Positions 9,905 through 18,145 of a stretch of 64,000 nt of DNA are shown in pieces. Both the position numbers and the translations under genes were made by a program. Source of the stretch: an uncultured Chloroflexia bacterium. GTDB lineage: Bacteria; Chloroflexota; Anaerolineae; Anaerolineales; Villigracilaceae. The first letter of the stretch is position 1. Each line of letters begins with the position of its first letter. Under the pieces are notes generated by a model that saw only the letters and a program-made list of their open reading frames with translations, was not told the DNA's origin and made no database searches. The stretch lies in contig CAWGWL010000037.1 of NCBI GenBank assembly GCA_963826215.1, positions 27,921 through 91,920 of the forward strand, read 5' to 3'.

Positions 9905-12079
9905 CTATAACTTCGATACCGTTACAAAAGTCTGGCTGAGGGCCTGACCACCGCTGATGGGGTCAGTGTAAGTTAAGTGTAAATCAGAGTCGCTGGCGCC
10001 AATACCATAGGCAACCGTAAGACCCCGGGATAGATGCCCGTAACCAGGAGTGAGATAAACACAATCCGGCCGGATGGCCTGAGTAACTTCCAGCTTTGTG
10101 TGGATCTTTCCGGCAGCGCTGGCGACTTCCACCAAGTCGTTATCTTTCAAACCCAAACCATGTGCAGTAGCCGTGTTCATCCACAGGCGCGGCTCATCCG
10201 AATACTTATGGAGGAGCTGGTTGTTCTGTGACCCAAACTGAGTGGACTGAGCCACTTTGCCGGTCAATAAATAGAATTGATTCGGACCAGGAGCGGGAGG
10301 TTCCTCCCACTGCGGCACTGCAGAAAAACCACCCTTGTCCAACGTGGAGGAGAAAAGTTCGATCTTCGTGCTGGGGGTATTCCAGGCCGGCTCGGAAAAA
10401 TCGGGCCCCTCGCCGGGCATATCCACGTAACCCATCTGACGGACCTGGTCGAGGGAGACACCCAGGGGAGCCAACTGCTGTTTGAGGTAATCCTCTTCAT
10501 CAGAGTACTGAAAGAAGTCGCCCAGCCCCAGACGGGTGCCGAGTTCCTTGTAGATCCAAAGGGCGGATTTCGCCTGTCCCTGGGGTTCGATGACCGGTTG
10601 GCGAAGGAAAGCTTTATCCCCCACGATGTTGAGGGGGTCGTAGCGCTCCAAGTAAGAGGCCTCGGGAAGGACAACGTCCGAAAACCAGGAGGTGTCGTTC
10701 ATAATAATGTCGACGGTGACGATGAAGTCCATCCTGCCGAAAGCTTCCAAAGTCCGGCCGCGGTCGGGCAGGGACATGGCAGGGTTTTGGCGGGAGATGA
10801 ACCAGCCGTGAGCCTGATAGGGGGTTCCACTCAGGGCGGCTTCGCGTAATTCCTGGAAGACACCAATCTTGAGGGGAACGAATGGGTATTTCCAGGGCAC
10901 TCCATCCAACCGCTGGGCGGAGACACGCGGGTATGGCGGCTGCGGAGGAGCACCCAGCACGCCACTCTCCTCCCCGGAGGCCGGGAACATTGCCACACCC
11001 CAGTTGCCCGCCAATGCATTCAGAATGGCGATGGCACGCTCGGTTTGGAATGAGTTGATGAAATTGGAAGTCCGCCAACCGTTGTGCGCCAAGGCATGAG
11101 GGGCAGAAGCGGCGAATTCACGTGCAACCGCCTGGATGGTTTCAGCGGGGATGCCAGTAATGGCTGCCGCCCAATCGGGGGTATATGACAGCACCGCATC
11201 CGCCAACTTATCGAAACCGGAGGTCAGGTTGGTCACCGTATAGCGGTTGTACAACTCTTCTTTAATGATGACGTTGATCAGTGCCAAGTGGAATGCCAGG
11301 TCGGTGCCCGGTCGAATTGGCAGCCACAGTGTGGATTTCGCAGCCGTCTTGGTGAAGCGCGGATCCAGTGTGACCACCTTTGCACCCCGGTCAATGGCCT
11401 GACTCAGGGCGGAAGTCTCGGAAGTGGAGATGGCTTCCATCAGGTTACGCCCGGTTAAAATGATGTATTTAAGGTCGTCGTATTTTCGGGCGGGTTCTTC
11501 CATGCCGTAGGTGGTGAGGTTGGCCACAATCATGGCGTTGAAACACAAACTGCGCTGTGTACCGTAATTAGGTGACCCGTATGCATTGAGAAGGTTTTCG
11601 AACTGGACCTGACTAAGATTGTGGGTGGAGGAAAAGATCATCGCCTCCGGGCCGTATTTTTGCCTGATGTCAAGCATATTTTTAGCAACCAGGTCGAGGG
11701 CCTCCTCCCAGGAAGCCTTGCGGAACAGCCCTTCGCCGCGCTTCCCGACCCGGATAAGGGGGGTCAGGACCCGGTCAGGGTCGTATGTGTTCATCAGACC
11801 GGACTGGCCGCGCGGACACAATTTACCATTGGAATGCGGGTGATCGGGATTGCCTTCCAGCTTGACCACGCGCCCGGCTTCGACCTTTGCCAGCAGGCCG
11901 CAGCGCCAAACGCACATTTCGCACATGCTGGGAATAACCCCGCTGTCCGAGGCATCCAGCAGACCGCCCGAGCGGGCTGCCTGGGCCACCCAGGGAGATA
12001 AATACTCCCCCAGGGCCAAGGCACCAACGGCTGCGCCGCTAACCTTCAGAAAATCGCGGCGGGAAAGTGTATACGGCAT
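9905..12079 (-). CDS. Molybdopterin (bis-MGD) oxidoreductase catalytic subunit, PsrA/PhsA-like, Tat-exported
   Basis: MPYTLSRRDFLKVSGAAVGALALG Tat signal. N-terminal FS0 cluster motif CEMCVWRCGL...CPRGQSG. ~725 aa. GGAGAAGG precedes ATG 12079, whereas the ORF-track TTG start is at 12091. Confidence 0.85.
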   Translation of the reverse strand: MPYTLSRRDFLKVSGAAVGALALGEYLSPWVAQAARSGGLLDASDSGVIPSMCEMCVWRCGLLAKVEAGRVVKLEGNPDHPHSNGKLCPRGQSGLMNTYDPDRVLTPLIRVGKRGEGLFRKASWEEALDLVAKNMLDIRQKYGPEAMIFSSTHNLSQVQFENLLNAYGSPNYGTQRSLCFNAMIVANLTTYGMEEPARKYDDLKYIILTGRNLMEAISTSETSALSQAIDRGAKVVTLDPRFTKTAAKSTLWLPIRPGTDLAFHLALINVIIKEELYNRYTVTNLTSGFDKLADAVLSYTPDWAAAITGIPAETIQAVAREFAASAPHALAHNGWRTSNFINSFQTERAIAILNALAGNWGVAMFPASGEESGVLGAPPQPPYPRVSAQRLDGVPWKYPFVPLKIGVFQELREAALSGTPYQAHGWFISRQNPAMSLPDRGRTLEAFGRMDFIVTVDIIMNDTSWFSDVVLPEASYLERYDPLNIVGDKAFLRQPVIEPQGQAKSALWIYKELGTRLGLGDFFQYSDEEDYLKQQLAPLGVSLDQVRQMGYVDMPGEGPDFSEPAWNTPSTKIELFSSTLDKGGFSAVPQWEEPPAPGPNQFYLLTGKVAQSTQFGSQNNQLLHKYSDEPRLWMNTATAHGLGLKDNDLVEVASAAGKIHTKLEVTQAIRPDCVYLTPGYGHLSRGLTVAYGIGASDSDLHLTYTDPISGGQALSQTFVTVSKL

Positions 12080-12143
12080 AACCTTCTCCAATCAATAGCC
12101 GGGCCTGCGAACCAGACGCCCGCAGACCCGGCCGGGGGGATAA

Positions 12144-12695
12144 TTAACCTTTCTTTTCCTTGCGGTGCAACCCCATACGATCGATCAGGTAGAAGAGCAC
12201 CAACGCCATCAGTGCGAAGACAAAAATGGCGAGGTATGGGCTGATATGCCACAGGTCGGGGATAACCACGCTGCCAAAATTGCCAATTGCCTTGATCTGG
12301 GGCATGAAACTTTGATAAGTCAGACCAAAAATGACTCCGCCCGTCAGGAAGCCGAGCAGGCCGGGGACGATATAGTCCAGCTTGCCTTCGCCAGCGCCAG
12401 CAGCAGCCGTACCCGGACAGAAACCAGCCCCAGCCATGCCAACCCCAAAGACCAGGCCGCCAATCAGATTCCCAACAACATATGTTTCGGGAATGGCCGG
12501 AAAGGTGATAATGCCGAGGGCGCGCAAAGGATAGACACCGAGCATGGTGACAACGAGGGCGGTCATCATGAACTTCAGCACGGTAAAGTCGGTGAGACGG
12601 AACTGGTTAACAATTTTATGGTACTTGGTAAGACCAGCTTTATTGAGGGCAAAGCCGAACAACACGCCGAGAACCAGAGCATAAACGTAAGTCAT
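12144..12695 (-). CDS. YeeE/YedE family sulfur(selenium)-compound transport protein, half-size
   Basis: 183-aa polytopic membrane protein with a Gly-rich helix ...GMAGAGFCPGTAAAGAG... typical of the YeeE/YedE (PF04143) fold. Paired with 12708..13232. Confidence 0.7.
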   Translation of the reverse strand: MTYVYALVLGVLFGFALNKAGLTKYHKIVNQFRLTDFTVLKFMMTALVVTMLGVYPLRALGIITFPAIPETYVVGNLIGGLVFGVGMAGAGFCPGTAAAGAGEGKLDYIVPGLLGFLTGGVIFGLTYQSFMPQIKAIGNFGSVVIPDLWHISPYLAIFVFALMALVLFYLIDRMGLHRKEKKG

Positions 12696-12707
12696 GGCAT
12701 CCTCCTT

Positions 12708-13232
12708 TTAGTATTTCTTTCCGTAGACGAGCAGAGCTGTGCCAATCCCGGAGGCGAACATCCCTCCGATGAACAGGAAAGCCGCCGGAGCGAGCAGCAT
12801 ACCGCCCGAAATGGCCAGTCCGCTGGTGCAGCCGCCTGCGATCCCAGCCGCAAATTCAACGACTATTCCGCCAACGAAGAGCAGGAGCCAGCGCTTCCAG
12901 GTCTGCTTGCCGTAAGCCGTTTTCCATTGTTCGCTATCCATTTTACGGAATTTGAAGGTGCCGCTGGATAAGGCTCCCAGCATCCCGCCAAAGAAAATAC
13001 CGACCAGCAGGATGACGGGATAGGTGATCTCCGGTTTCATCATGTAGCTGAAGTACACATTGCCGGGGTTTATTGCCTTACCGATATAGGCAGCCAGGTT
13101 CTCAAAGCCTCCCGAGGCTCCCAATAGTTGGTGAGCGAGCACCACGGTGAGGATGCCGACGACGCCAAGCAAAGCGCCAGCAACGTAGGGTGACCATTCT
13201 TCCTTGCGAAATTGTTTTACGAGCGAGTTCAT
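12708..13232 (-). CDS. YeeE/YedE family sulfur(selenium)-compound transport protein, half-size
   Basis: ~174 aa with ...EFAAGIAGGCTSGLAISGG... conserved-Cys helix. AAAGGAG precedes ATG 13232. Confidence 0.7.
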   Translation of the reverse strand: MNSLVKQFRKEEWSPYVAGALLGVVGILTVVLAHQLLGASGGFENLAAYIGKAINPGNVYFSYMMKPEITYPVILLVGIFFGGMLGALSSGTFKFRKMDSEQWKTAYGKQTWKRWLLLFVGGIVVEFAAGIAGGCTSGLAISGGMLLAPAAFLFIGGMFASGIGTALLVYGKKY

Positions 13233-13282
13233 TTGATCTCCTTTCAAAATTTATTGATTAGATATGTACGAGGACGGATAAA

Positions 13283-14170
13283 TTATTCTTCCCGATCTTC
13301 AGAGGCTTGATCCTCAGCGGAGTCTTCATCTGCCAGAGGATTGTCCGCCGGCAGGGACTCAACGGGTTCAACCTGGATCAAATTGTTTATGGAAGCCAGC
13401 AGGTCACCAGCAGCCTGAGGCTTTGCGAGGATGGTTGATAAAATTTGCCGGGAGGCAGGTTTTAATTTTGACAAGGCAGGCAGCAGCCCAACCACGTCAG
13501 CGGGATACTTTTCCTGAACAGGGAGGCGCCTGGGATCCTCAAAGGAAATGTTGATCAATCCCTCCCGCTTGAGAACAAAGAAGCCACCACCAAGGATGAG
13601 GACTGCCAGGATGGCGATCAGAATGATGTTCCCCACATTGGCAGGTGTTTTCCCCAAGGCGACGGCATCATAGCGCTGCGTGTAATCCACCATGTCGGCC
13701 GCGGGTACCACCACCGCGGGCGCAGAAGTTGGAGCAACCCCATTCGTCCCAGGAACTGCGGAAGCAACGGGCAGGCTGGTTCCGCTCCCGCCCGTGCCAA
13801 CCTGCTGACCGAGGGTGGTTGCATAGGTCTGAGCCAAGGCCAGGGTGTCGTCAGGATGACAGCTTTTACAGCTAGCGTCGATGTCCGCCAGGGGAGCCAC
13901 CATGCCGGTGTGAGAAACCACCTTGTCGGTGGCTTGATTATTGCCTGCGTGACACAGATAGCAAAAATCACCAAAGGCGTGCTGGGTATGCCAGGTGGTA
14001 CCGTCATTGTTAACCGGATCCTGCGCCTGCGTTTCGTGGCAGTTTTTACAGGAAGATGCCTGTGAACCGCATTGCGCTTTTACCGGGGTAGCCGTCATTA
14101 AGAACACGCTGCCTGTGACCAGCAAAACGCCCAACACCACGAATAAAATCGTAAACCTTTTTTGATTCAT
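13283..14170 (-). CDS. Triheme c-type cytochrome with N-terminal anchor, second TM helix and acidic cytoplasmic tail
   Basis: CKNCH, CYLCH, CKSCH. The heme domain aligns by eye with 3626..4186. It continues into an Ala/Pro-rich linker, TM helix NIILIAILAVLILGGGFFVL and a ~100-aa tail ending ...DEDSAEDQASEDREE. Confidence 0.75.
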   Translation of the reverse strand: MNQKRFTILFVVLGVLLVTGSVFLMTATPVKAQCGSQASSCKNCHETQAQDPVNNDGTTWHTQHAFGDFCYLCHAGNNQATDKVVSHTGMVAPLADIDASCKSCHPDDTLALAQTYATTLGQQVGTGGSGTSLPVASAVPGTNGVAPTSAPAVVVPAADMVDYTQRYDAVALGKTPANVGNIILIAILAVLILGGGFFVLKREGLINISFEDPRRLPVQEKYPADVVGLLPALSKLKPASRQILSTILAKPQAAGDLLASINNLIQVEPVESLPADNPLADEDSAEDQASEDREE

Positions 14171-14219
14171 ATCGTCCTCATTGAAACAAATGGATTATGA
14201 ATATTTTAATTTAGGGGGG

Positions 14220-14561
14220 TTATGCCGGAATAAATTCATCCATGAGATCAGCGTGATGCTGGATGCGTTCGCGCAAAACACTTCGCAATATGTCGAGTGC
14301 TTCGATGACGCGGTGATCGGTCAACTCATACTGGACGGAGGAACCCTGGCGGGTGGCCTTTACCAAGCCGCCTTCCCGCAATACCTTCAGATGGCGCGAT
14401 ACGGTGGGTTGGGGAACTTCCAATTCCTGAGTCAACTCTGTGACGTTGCGAGGCTGGTCCGAGAGGGCATACAGGAGAAGGAGACGGGTGGGATCTGCCA
14501 GTGCGGAGCACAGGTCGGCGTGGAGGTGGGTAATTTCCTGGGTGAGGGTTGAAGTTATCAT
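14220..14561 (-). CDS. ArsR/SmtB family transcriptional regulator
   Basis: 113 aa. ALADPTRLLLLYAL...NVTELTQELEVPQPTVSRHLKVLREGGLV. Confidence 0.85.
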   Translation of the reverse strand: MITSTLTQEITHLHADLCSALADPTRLLLLYALSDQPRNVTELTQELEVPQPTVSRHLKVLREGGLVKATRQGSSVQYELTDHRVIEALDILRSVLRERIQHHADLMDEFIPA

Positions 14562-14831
14562 ATGACCTTATTCGTATAAACGCATATTGAATAATGAGTA
14601 TAATACTCTTGTGAAGAATTGCACATGTAGTGTCCAATGTCACTTTGAGTTGGACATAATGTCACATATGATGTGATTATTTTAAATTGGACCAGGGTGA
14701 ATTCAACTCCCCCACCCACCTGTTAATGAAGCACCCCCTGGTGAAAAGTCATATAACAAACGCTTGCAGCATTGGCCGTCCCAAATACCCCATGGAGTGT
14801 CACGCCCTGCCAAGCAATCTCAACCTATTAA

Positions 14832-15971
14832 TTACCTTGCAACCTTGAGTGTAAAATTTAATGTGCTGCCCTGGGCGTCCCCGCTGCTCTCGGCCCAAAT
14901 ACTGCCGCCATGGGCTTCGACGAGGAGGCGGGCTATCGTCAGCCCAATGCCTGAACCCCCGCCAGCCTGACGTGATCGGGACTTGTCGACACGGTAGAAG
15001 CGCGTGAAAAGATGCGGTAAGTGCTCAGCTGGAATACCTATCCCAGTATCCACCACGGAAACCTGGACTTCATCCTGGCGCGACCGGGCGAGGATGGATA
15101 TTTTTCCACCGGCGGGTGTATATTGCACAGCATTACCGACCAGGTTGGTAAGTACCTGGGTGATGCGATCCTGGTCCGCTAGCACGGGGGGAAGATCAGC
15201 CGGCAGGTCCGAACGGAGTTCGATCTGTTTTGCCTGGGCTTGCGACTCAAACCGTTTGAGGGTGGTTTTCACAAGGGTTGATATTTCCACTGGGTGGATA
15301 TCCAGGGGGTAAGCCCCTGCTTCCACCCGGCTCAATTCCTGGAGATCATCCACCAGGCGCGCCAGGCGGCCGGCCTCCTGATGAATTTGCTGAAAGGTAT
15401 CGACCGTGGCAGGCAGGACGCTGTCCATCAAGCCTTCCATGGAACCCTTGATAGCGGTAAGCGGGGTGCGGAGTTCGTGACTTACATCCCCGATCAACTG
15501 CCGGCGCATGGATTCCACCTGTTCGAGTTTTTCCGCCATTTGATTAAAGGAATGAGCCAACTGACCAAGCTCATCGGAACCGGCACCCTGAACCCGCTCC
15601 CCGTAATGACCAGCCGCGATTCGCCGGCTGGCGGTCGTTAGGATACGCAGCGGAGCTACAATGCTGCGGCTTAGAAAAAGACTGACAATGATCGCGATCA
15701 CCCCAGCAGTGAGGAGGGCCAGGATGAGTGCCTGATTGAAGGTGGCCTGGAAACTCGTGAACAGGTCAGACAACATCCCGGCACCAGGACCATTTCCATT
15801 CCCCCCCATCATTCCCTGACCAGCCCTGAGCGCCAAGCCCATATGGCTGTTGAAGGCCTCGGGGACTGTAAAGCGGGTGGCCAAGCCAAGGACAATAGCT
15901 CCAACCAGGATCACTGCAATGTAGGAAAGGAAAAGTTTCACTCCAAGGTAACGACGAAAGAATGCAATCAT
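14832..15971 (-). CDS. HAMP-domain sensor histidine kinase
   Basis: Two TM helices flank a ~45-aa loop. H-box VSHELRTPLTAI, N-box LTNLVGNAVQYT, G-boxes DTGIGI and GGSGIGLTIA. 4-nt overlap with the response-regulator gene. Confidence 0.9.
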   Translation of the reverse strand: MIAFFRRYLGVKLFLSYIAVILVGAIVLGLATRFTVPEAFNSHMGLALRAGQGMMGGNGNGPGAGMLSDLFTSFQATFNQALILALLTAGVIAIIVSLFLSRSIVAPLRILTTASRRIAAGHYGERVQGAGSDELGQLAHSFNQMAEKLEQVESMRRQLIGDVSHELRTPLTAIKGSMEGLMDSVLPATVDTFQQIHQEAGRLARLVDDLQELSRVEAGAYPLDIHPVEISTLVKTTLKRFESQAQAKQIELRSDLPADLPPVLADQDRITQVLTNLVGNAVQYTPAGGKISILARSRQDEVQVSVVDTGIGIPAEHLPHLFTRFYRVDKSRSRQAGGGSGIGLTIARLLVEAHGGSIWAESSGDAQGSTLNFTLKVAR

Positions 15972-16651
15972 AAGGTTTCATCCTCAAAGCGATAGCCCAC
16001 CCCCCGGACGGTGGCAACGAAACTTTCAGAGCCAAGTTTTCTGCGAATATGGCCGAGGTGGACGTCCACGACGCGCAGCTCACCGAAATAAGCACCGCCC
16101 CAAACGGTCTCGAGCAACTGTTCGCGGGTCAAAACCCGCCCACGATTTTCAGCAAGGGCTTTCAACAAGTCGAATTCCGCGGCGGTCAGATCGACAGGTT
16201 GATCATCAACAAGGACCTGGCGCGCGGCAAGGTCGATGCGAACGTGGCGAAAGGCGAGAATCCGATTTTCCGGGCCGGTTCCCGACCCAGGCTGCAGCCG
16301 GCGGAGGGCGGCCTTTATGCGCGCCACCAGCTCGCGCGGACTGAACGGCTTGGTAACGTAGTCATCCGCCCCCACTGAAAGTCCGACGATCCTGTCGGTC
16401 TCCTCAGACTTAGCTGTCAGGAGAATGACATATACATTTGATTCGCGGCGCAATTGGGATAGAACCTCGAAGCCATCCTTCCCGGGCAGCATCAGATCGA
16501 GGACGATAACATCCGGTTGGAATGCACGGGCAGCCTTAAGCCCCGCAATCCCATCCGCAGCGGTGTAAACCTCATACCCTTCGGGCTTGAGGTAGGCCGT
16601 GACCAGGTTAACGATGGAAGGTTCGTCATCGATTACAAGGATCTTTGCCAT
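15968..16651 (-). CDS. OmpR/PhoB-family response regulator
   Basis: MAKILVIDDE receiver start (ATG 16651), DLMLPGKDG phospho-acceptor region, and a winged-helix C-terminus ...VRGVGYRFE. Confidence 0.9.
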   Translation of the reverse strand: MAKILVIDDEPSIVNLVTAYLKPEGYEVYTAADGIAGLKAARAFQPDVIVLDLMLPGKDGFEVLSQLRRESNVYVILLTAKSEETDRIVGLSVGADDYVTKPFSPRELVARIKAALRRLQPGSGTGPENRILAFRHVRIDLAARQVLVDDQPVDLTAAEFDLLKALAENRGRVLTREQLLETVWGGAYFGELRVVDVHLGHIRRKLGSESFVATVRGVGYRFEDETL

Positions 16652-16712
16652 GGGAGTATTGTAACGTAAAAAAAAGGACGGGATTGCACCCGTCCATGGG
16701 AGTGCAGGAAAA

Positions 16713-17657
16713 TTAGTAGTCCTGAGTTGAGATGAAGGTACCATGCCAGGTGTGGAGGAAAACCTGGCTACTGTTGCCGTTGACGCTCAACATGCCAACG
16801 ATCTTTCCAGCGCGCAGGATGTCGATGGTGAAATAACCATAAAAGGGATCAGCGTCAGATGCCGCTTGTGTACCAGGCAGTGCTGTGTTCAGGTAGGTCT
16901 GGGCAGCTTGTAACGCTTGGGCCGCGGTTACCGGCATTTCTGCGGAGACAGCCGGCGGGGTTGTGCTCAAAGATGGTTGACCTGTTGTCCCATTTCCACC
17001 ACCCATCATTCCATTCCCACGACCCATCATCCCATTCCCACCACCGCCCATCATATATTGATGGTTCAAAGCAGAATACTTCAGGTTCCACATCATGTTT
17101 GGACCGGGTTCTGGCGTTACCGCCAATGTGGCCGGATCCACGAGCAATTCAAAGGCTCCAACGCCGGTGCTTTGCTCGATGACACGTACATAAGCGTTAT
17201 TGTCGAAGACCATCACTTCAGCAACCTTGAGGTCGGGAATATTCAGCGCGGCGAGGTACGTTCCAGCGGCCTGATATGCCTGATCCAGCGTGATTTGAAC
17301 ACTTGAGGTGTTCAGGTAGCCATTGCCGCCCACACCCGCACATGTACCGGATTGCAGTGCAGGGGCAAGTGTCATACCGGTACCAGAACCGCGCACGCCA
17401 CCCATCATTCCGTTGCCAGAACGGCGCAAGTTCCCGAGATTCATCATGCCACCGCCGACCCTGGTGCTCCCGTTCATCATGCCGAAGCCATTTCCAGAGA
17501 ATGCGCGGTCATCGTACCCCATAATGGGGTAGGCAGGCTGAGCCCAGCCCAAACCAAAGGCCGTGCGGTGTCCAATCCAGGTGCCTGCAATAACCAAGCC
17601 GCCTGCAATTGCAAGGATCCCGATAACCATAAAAGTAATCCGAAGTGCTTTATTCAT
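16713..17657 (-). CDS. Membrane-anchored double PepSY-like domain protein with Gly/Met-rich linkers
   Basis: N-terminal TM helix and two PepSY-like modules (ITLDQAYQAAGTYL..., VTAAQALQAAQTYL...). Each module is preceded by a GNGMMGG-type low-complexity stretch. Confidence 0.65.
   Translation of the reverse strand: MNKALRITFMVIGILAIAGGLVIAGTWIGHRTAFGLGWAQPAYPIMGYDDRAFSGNGFGMMNGSTRVGGGMMNLGNLRRSGNGMMGGVRGSGTGMTLAPALQSGTCAGVGGNGYLNTSSVQITLDQAYQAAGTYLAALNIPDLKVAEVMVFDNNAYVRVIEQSTGVGAFELLVDPATLAVTPEPGPNMMWNLKYSALNHQYMMGGGGNGMMGRGNGMMGGGNGTTGQPSLSTTPPAVSAEMPVTAAQALQAAQTYLNTALPGTQAASDADPFYGYFTIDILRAGKIVGMLSVNGNSSQVFLHTWHGTFISTQDY
16986..17063 (-). repeat. In-frame tandem codon repeat encoding MMGGGGNGMMGRGNGMMGGGNG
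   Basis: Plus strand shows near-identical 19-mers cccatcattccattcccac (17001-17019) and cccatcatcccattcccac (17023-17041), plus partial copies on each side. Confidence 0.7.
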
Positions 17658-17780
17658 TAAACATTTCTCCTATTTTTCAATCCTCAAATACTTTTTTTCT
17701 GTGATGGAAGTATAGGGTTGGAAGTTAAATGGAGAGTGAAGCATCTATGAAGATTGTGTAAAGATTTGGAAGCATAGATC

Positions 17781-17820
17781 TTTAAAACAACGCGCCCATT
17801 TCCTCCACGGAAATGAGCGC
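17781..17820 (-). terminator. Intrinsic terminator after the DUF2892 gene
   Basis: Minus strand: GCGCTCATTTCC-GTGGA-GGAAATGGGCGC (12-bp stem, one mismatch) followed by GTTGTTTTAAAG. Confidence 0.55.
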
Positions 17821-17841
17821 TTTGTCACCGGTTATTTTACT

Positions 17842-18069
17842 TTACTTCCCGGCACGGATTTTCGGTCCACTCATTGGAGCACCAAAGAGCGGGGCAAAAA
17901 CACAAAAGTCGAACAACCCGGCCACCAAAGGGACAAGCCCAAACACAGCCAGGATGGTGCCACCCACGCCGTGGATACCAAACAGTCCCAAGGCGACGAG
18001 GAGGATGCCTGCCACAACACGAGTGATGCGACCAGCGGTGGAAGCCATAAATGTTACGAAGGGATTCAT
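17842..18069 (-). CDS. DUF2892 (YgaP-like) small two-helix membrane protein
   Basis: 75 aa from ATG 18069 (GGAG 8 nt upstream). GRITRVVAGILLVALGL... and ...LVPLVAGLFDFCVFAPLFG pattern. Confidence 0.6.
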   Translation of the reverse strand: MNPFVTFMASTAGRITRVVAGILLVALGLFGIHGVGGTILAVFGLVPLVAGLFDFCVFAPLFGAPMSGPKIRAGK

Positions 18070-18145
18070 TTTATATCTCCTATACAGTTTGAATTTGAAT
18101 GTACCCCAAGTATAGGAGCATACCGTCATCCTGTCTGTGACAAAG

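Noticed and set aside
9905-12091. Looked for an in-frame TGA (selenocysteine) or other recoding in the molybdopterin subunit
   Set aside because: The ORF is continuous with no internal stop. Nothing suggests selenocysteine usage.
12165-12971. 268-aa plus-strand ORF spanning both YeeE/YedE genes
   Set aside because: It is antisense to two membrane-protein genes with clear family motifs. Its product is low-complexity (Gln/Glu/His/Ala-rich) with no start context. It looks like a typical shadow ORF of a GC-biased coding region.
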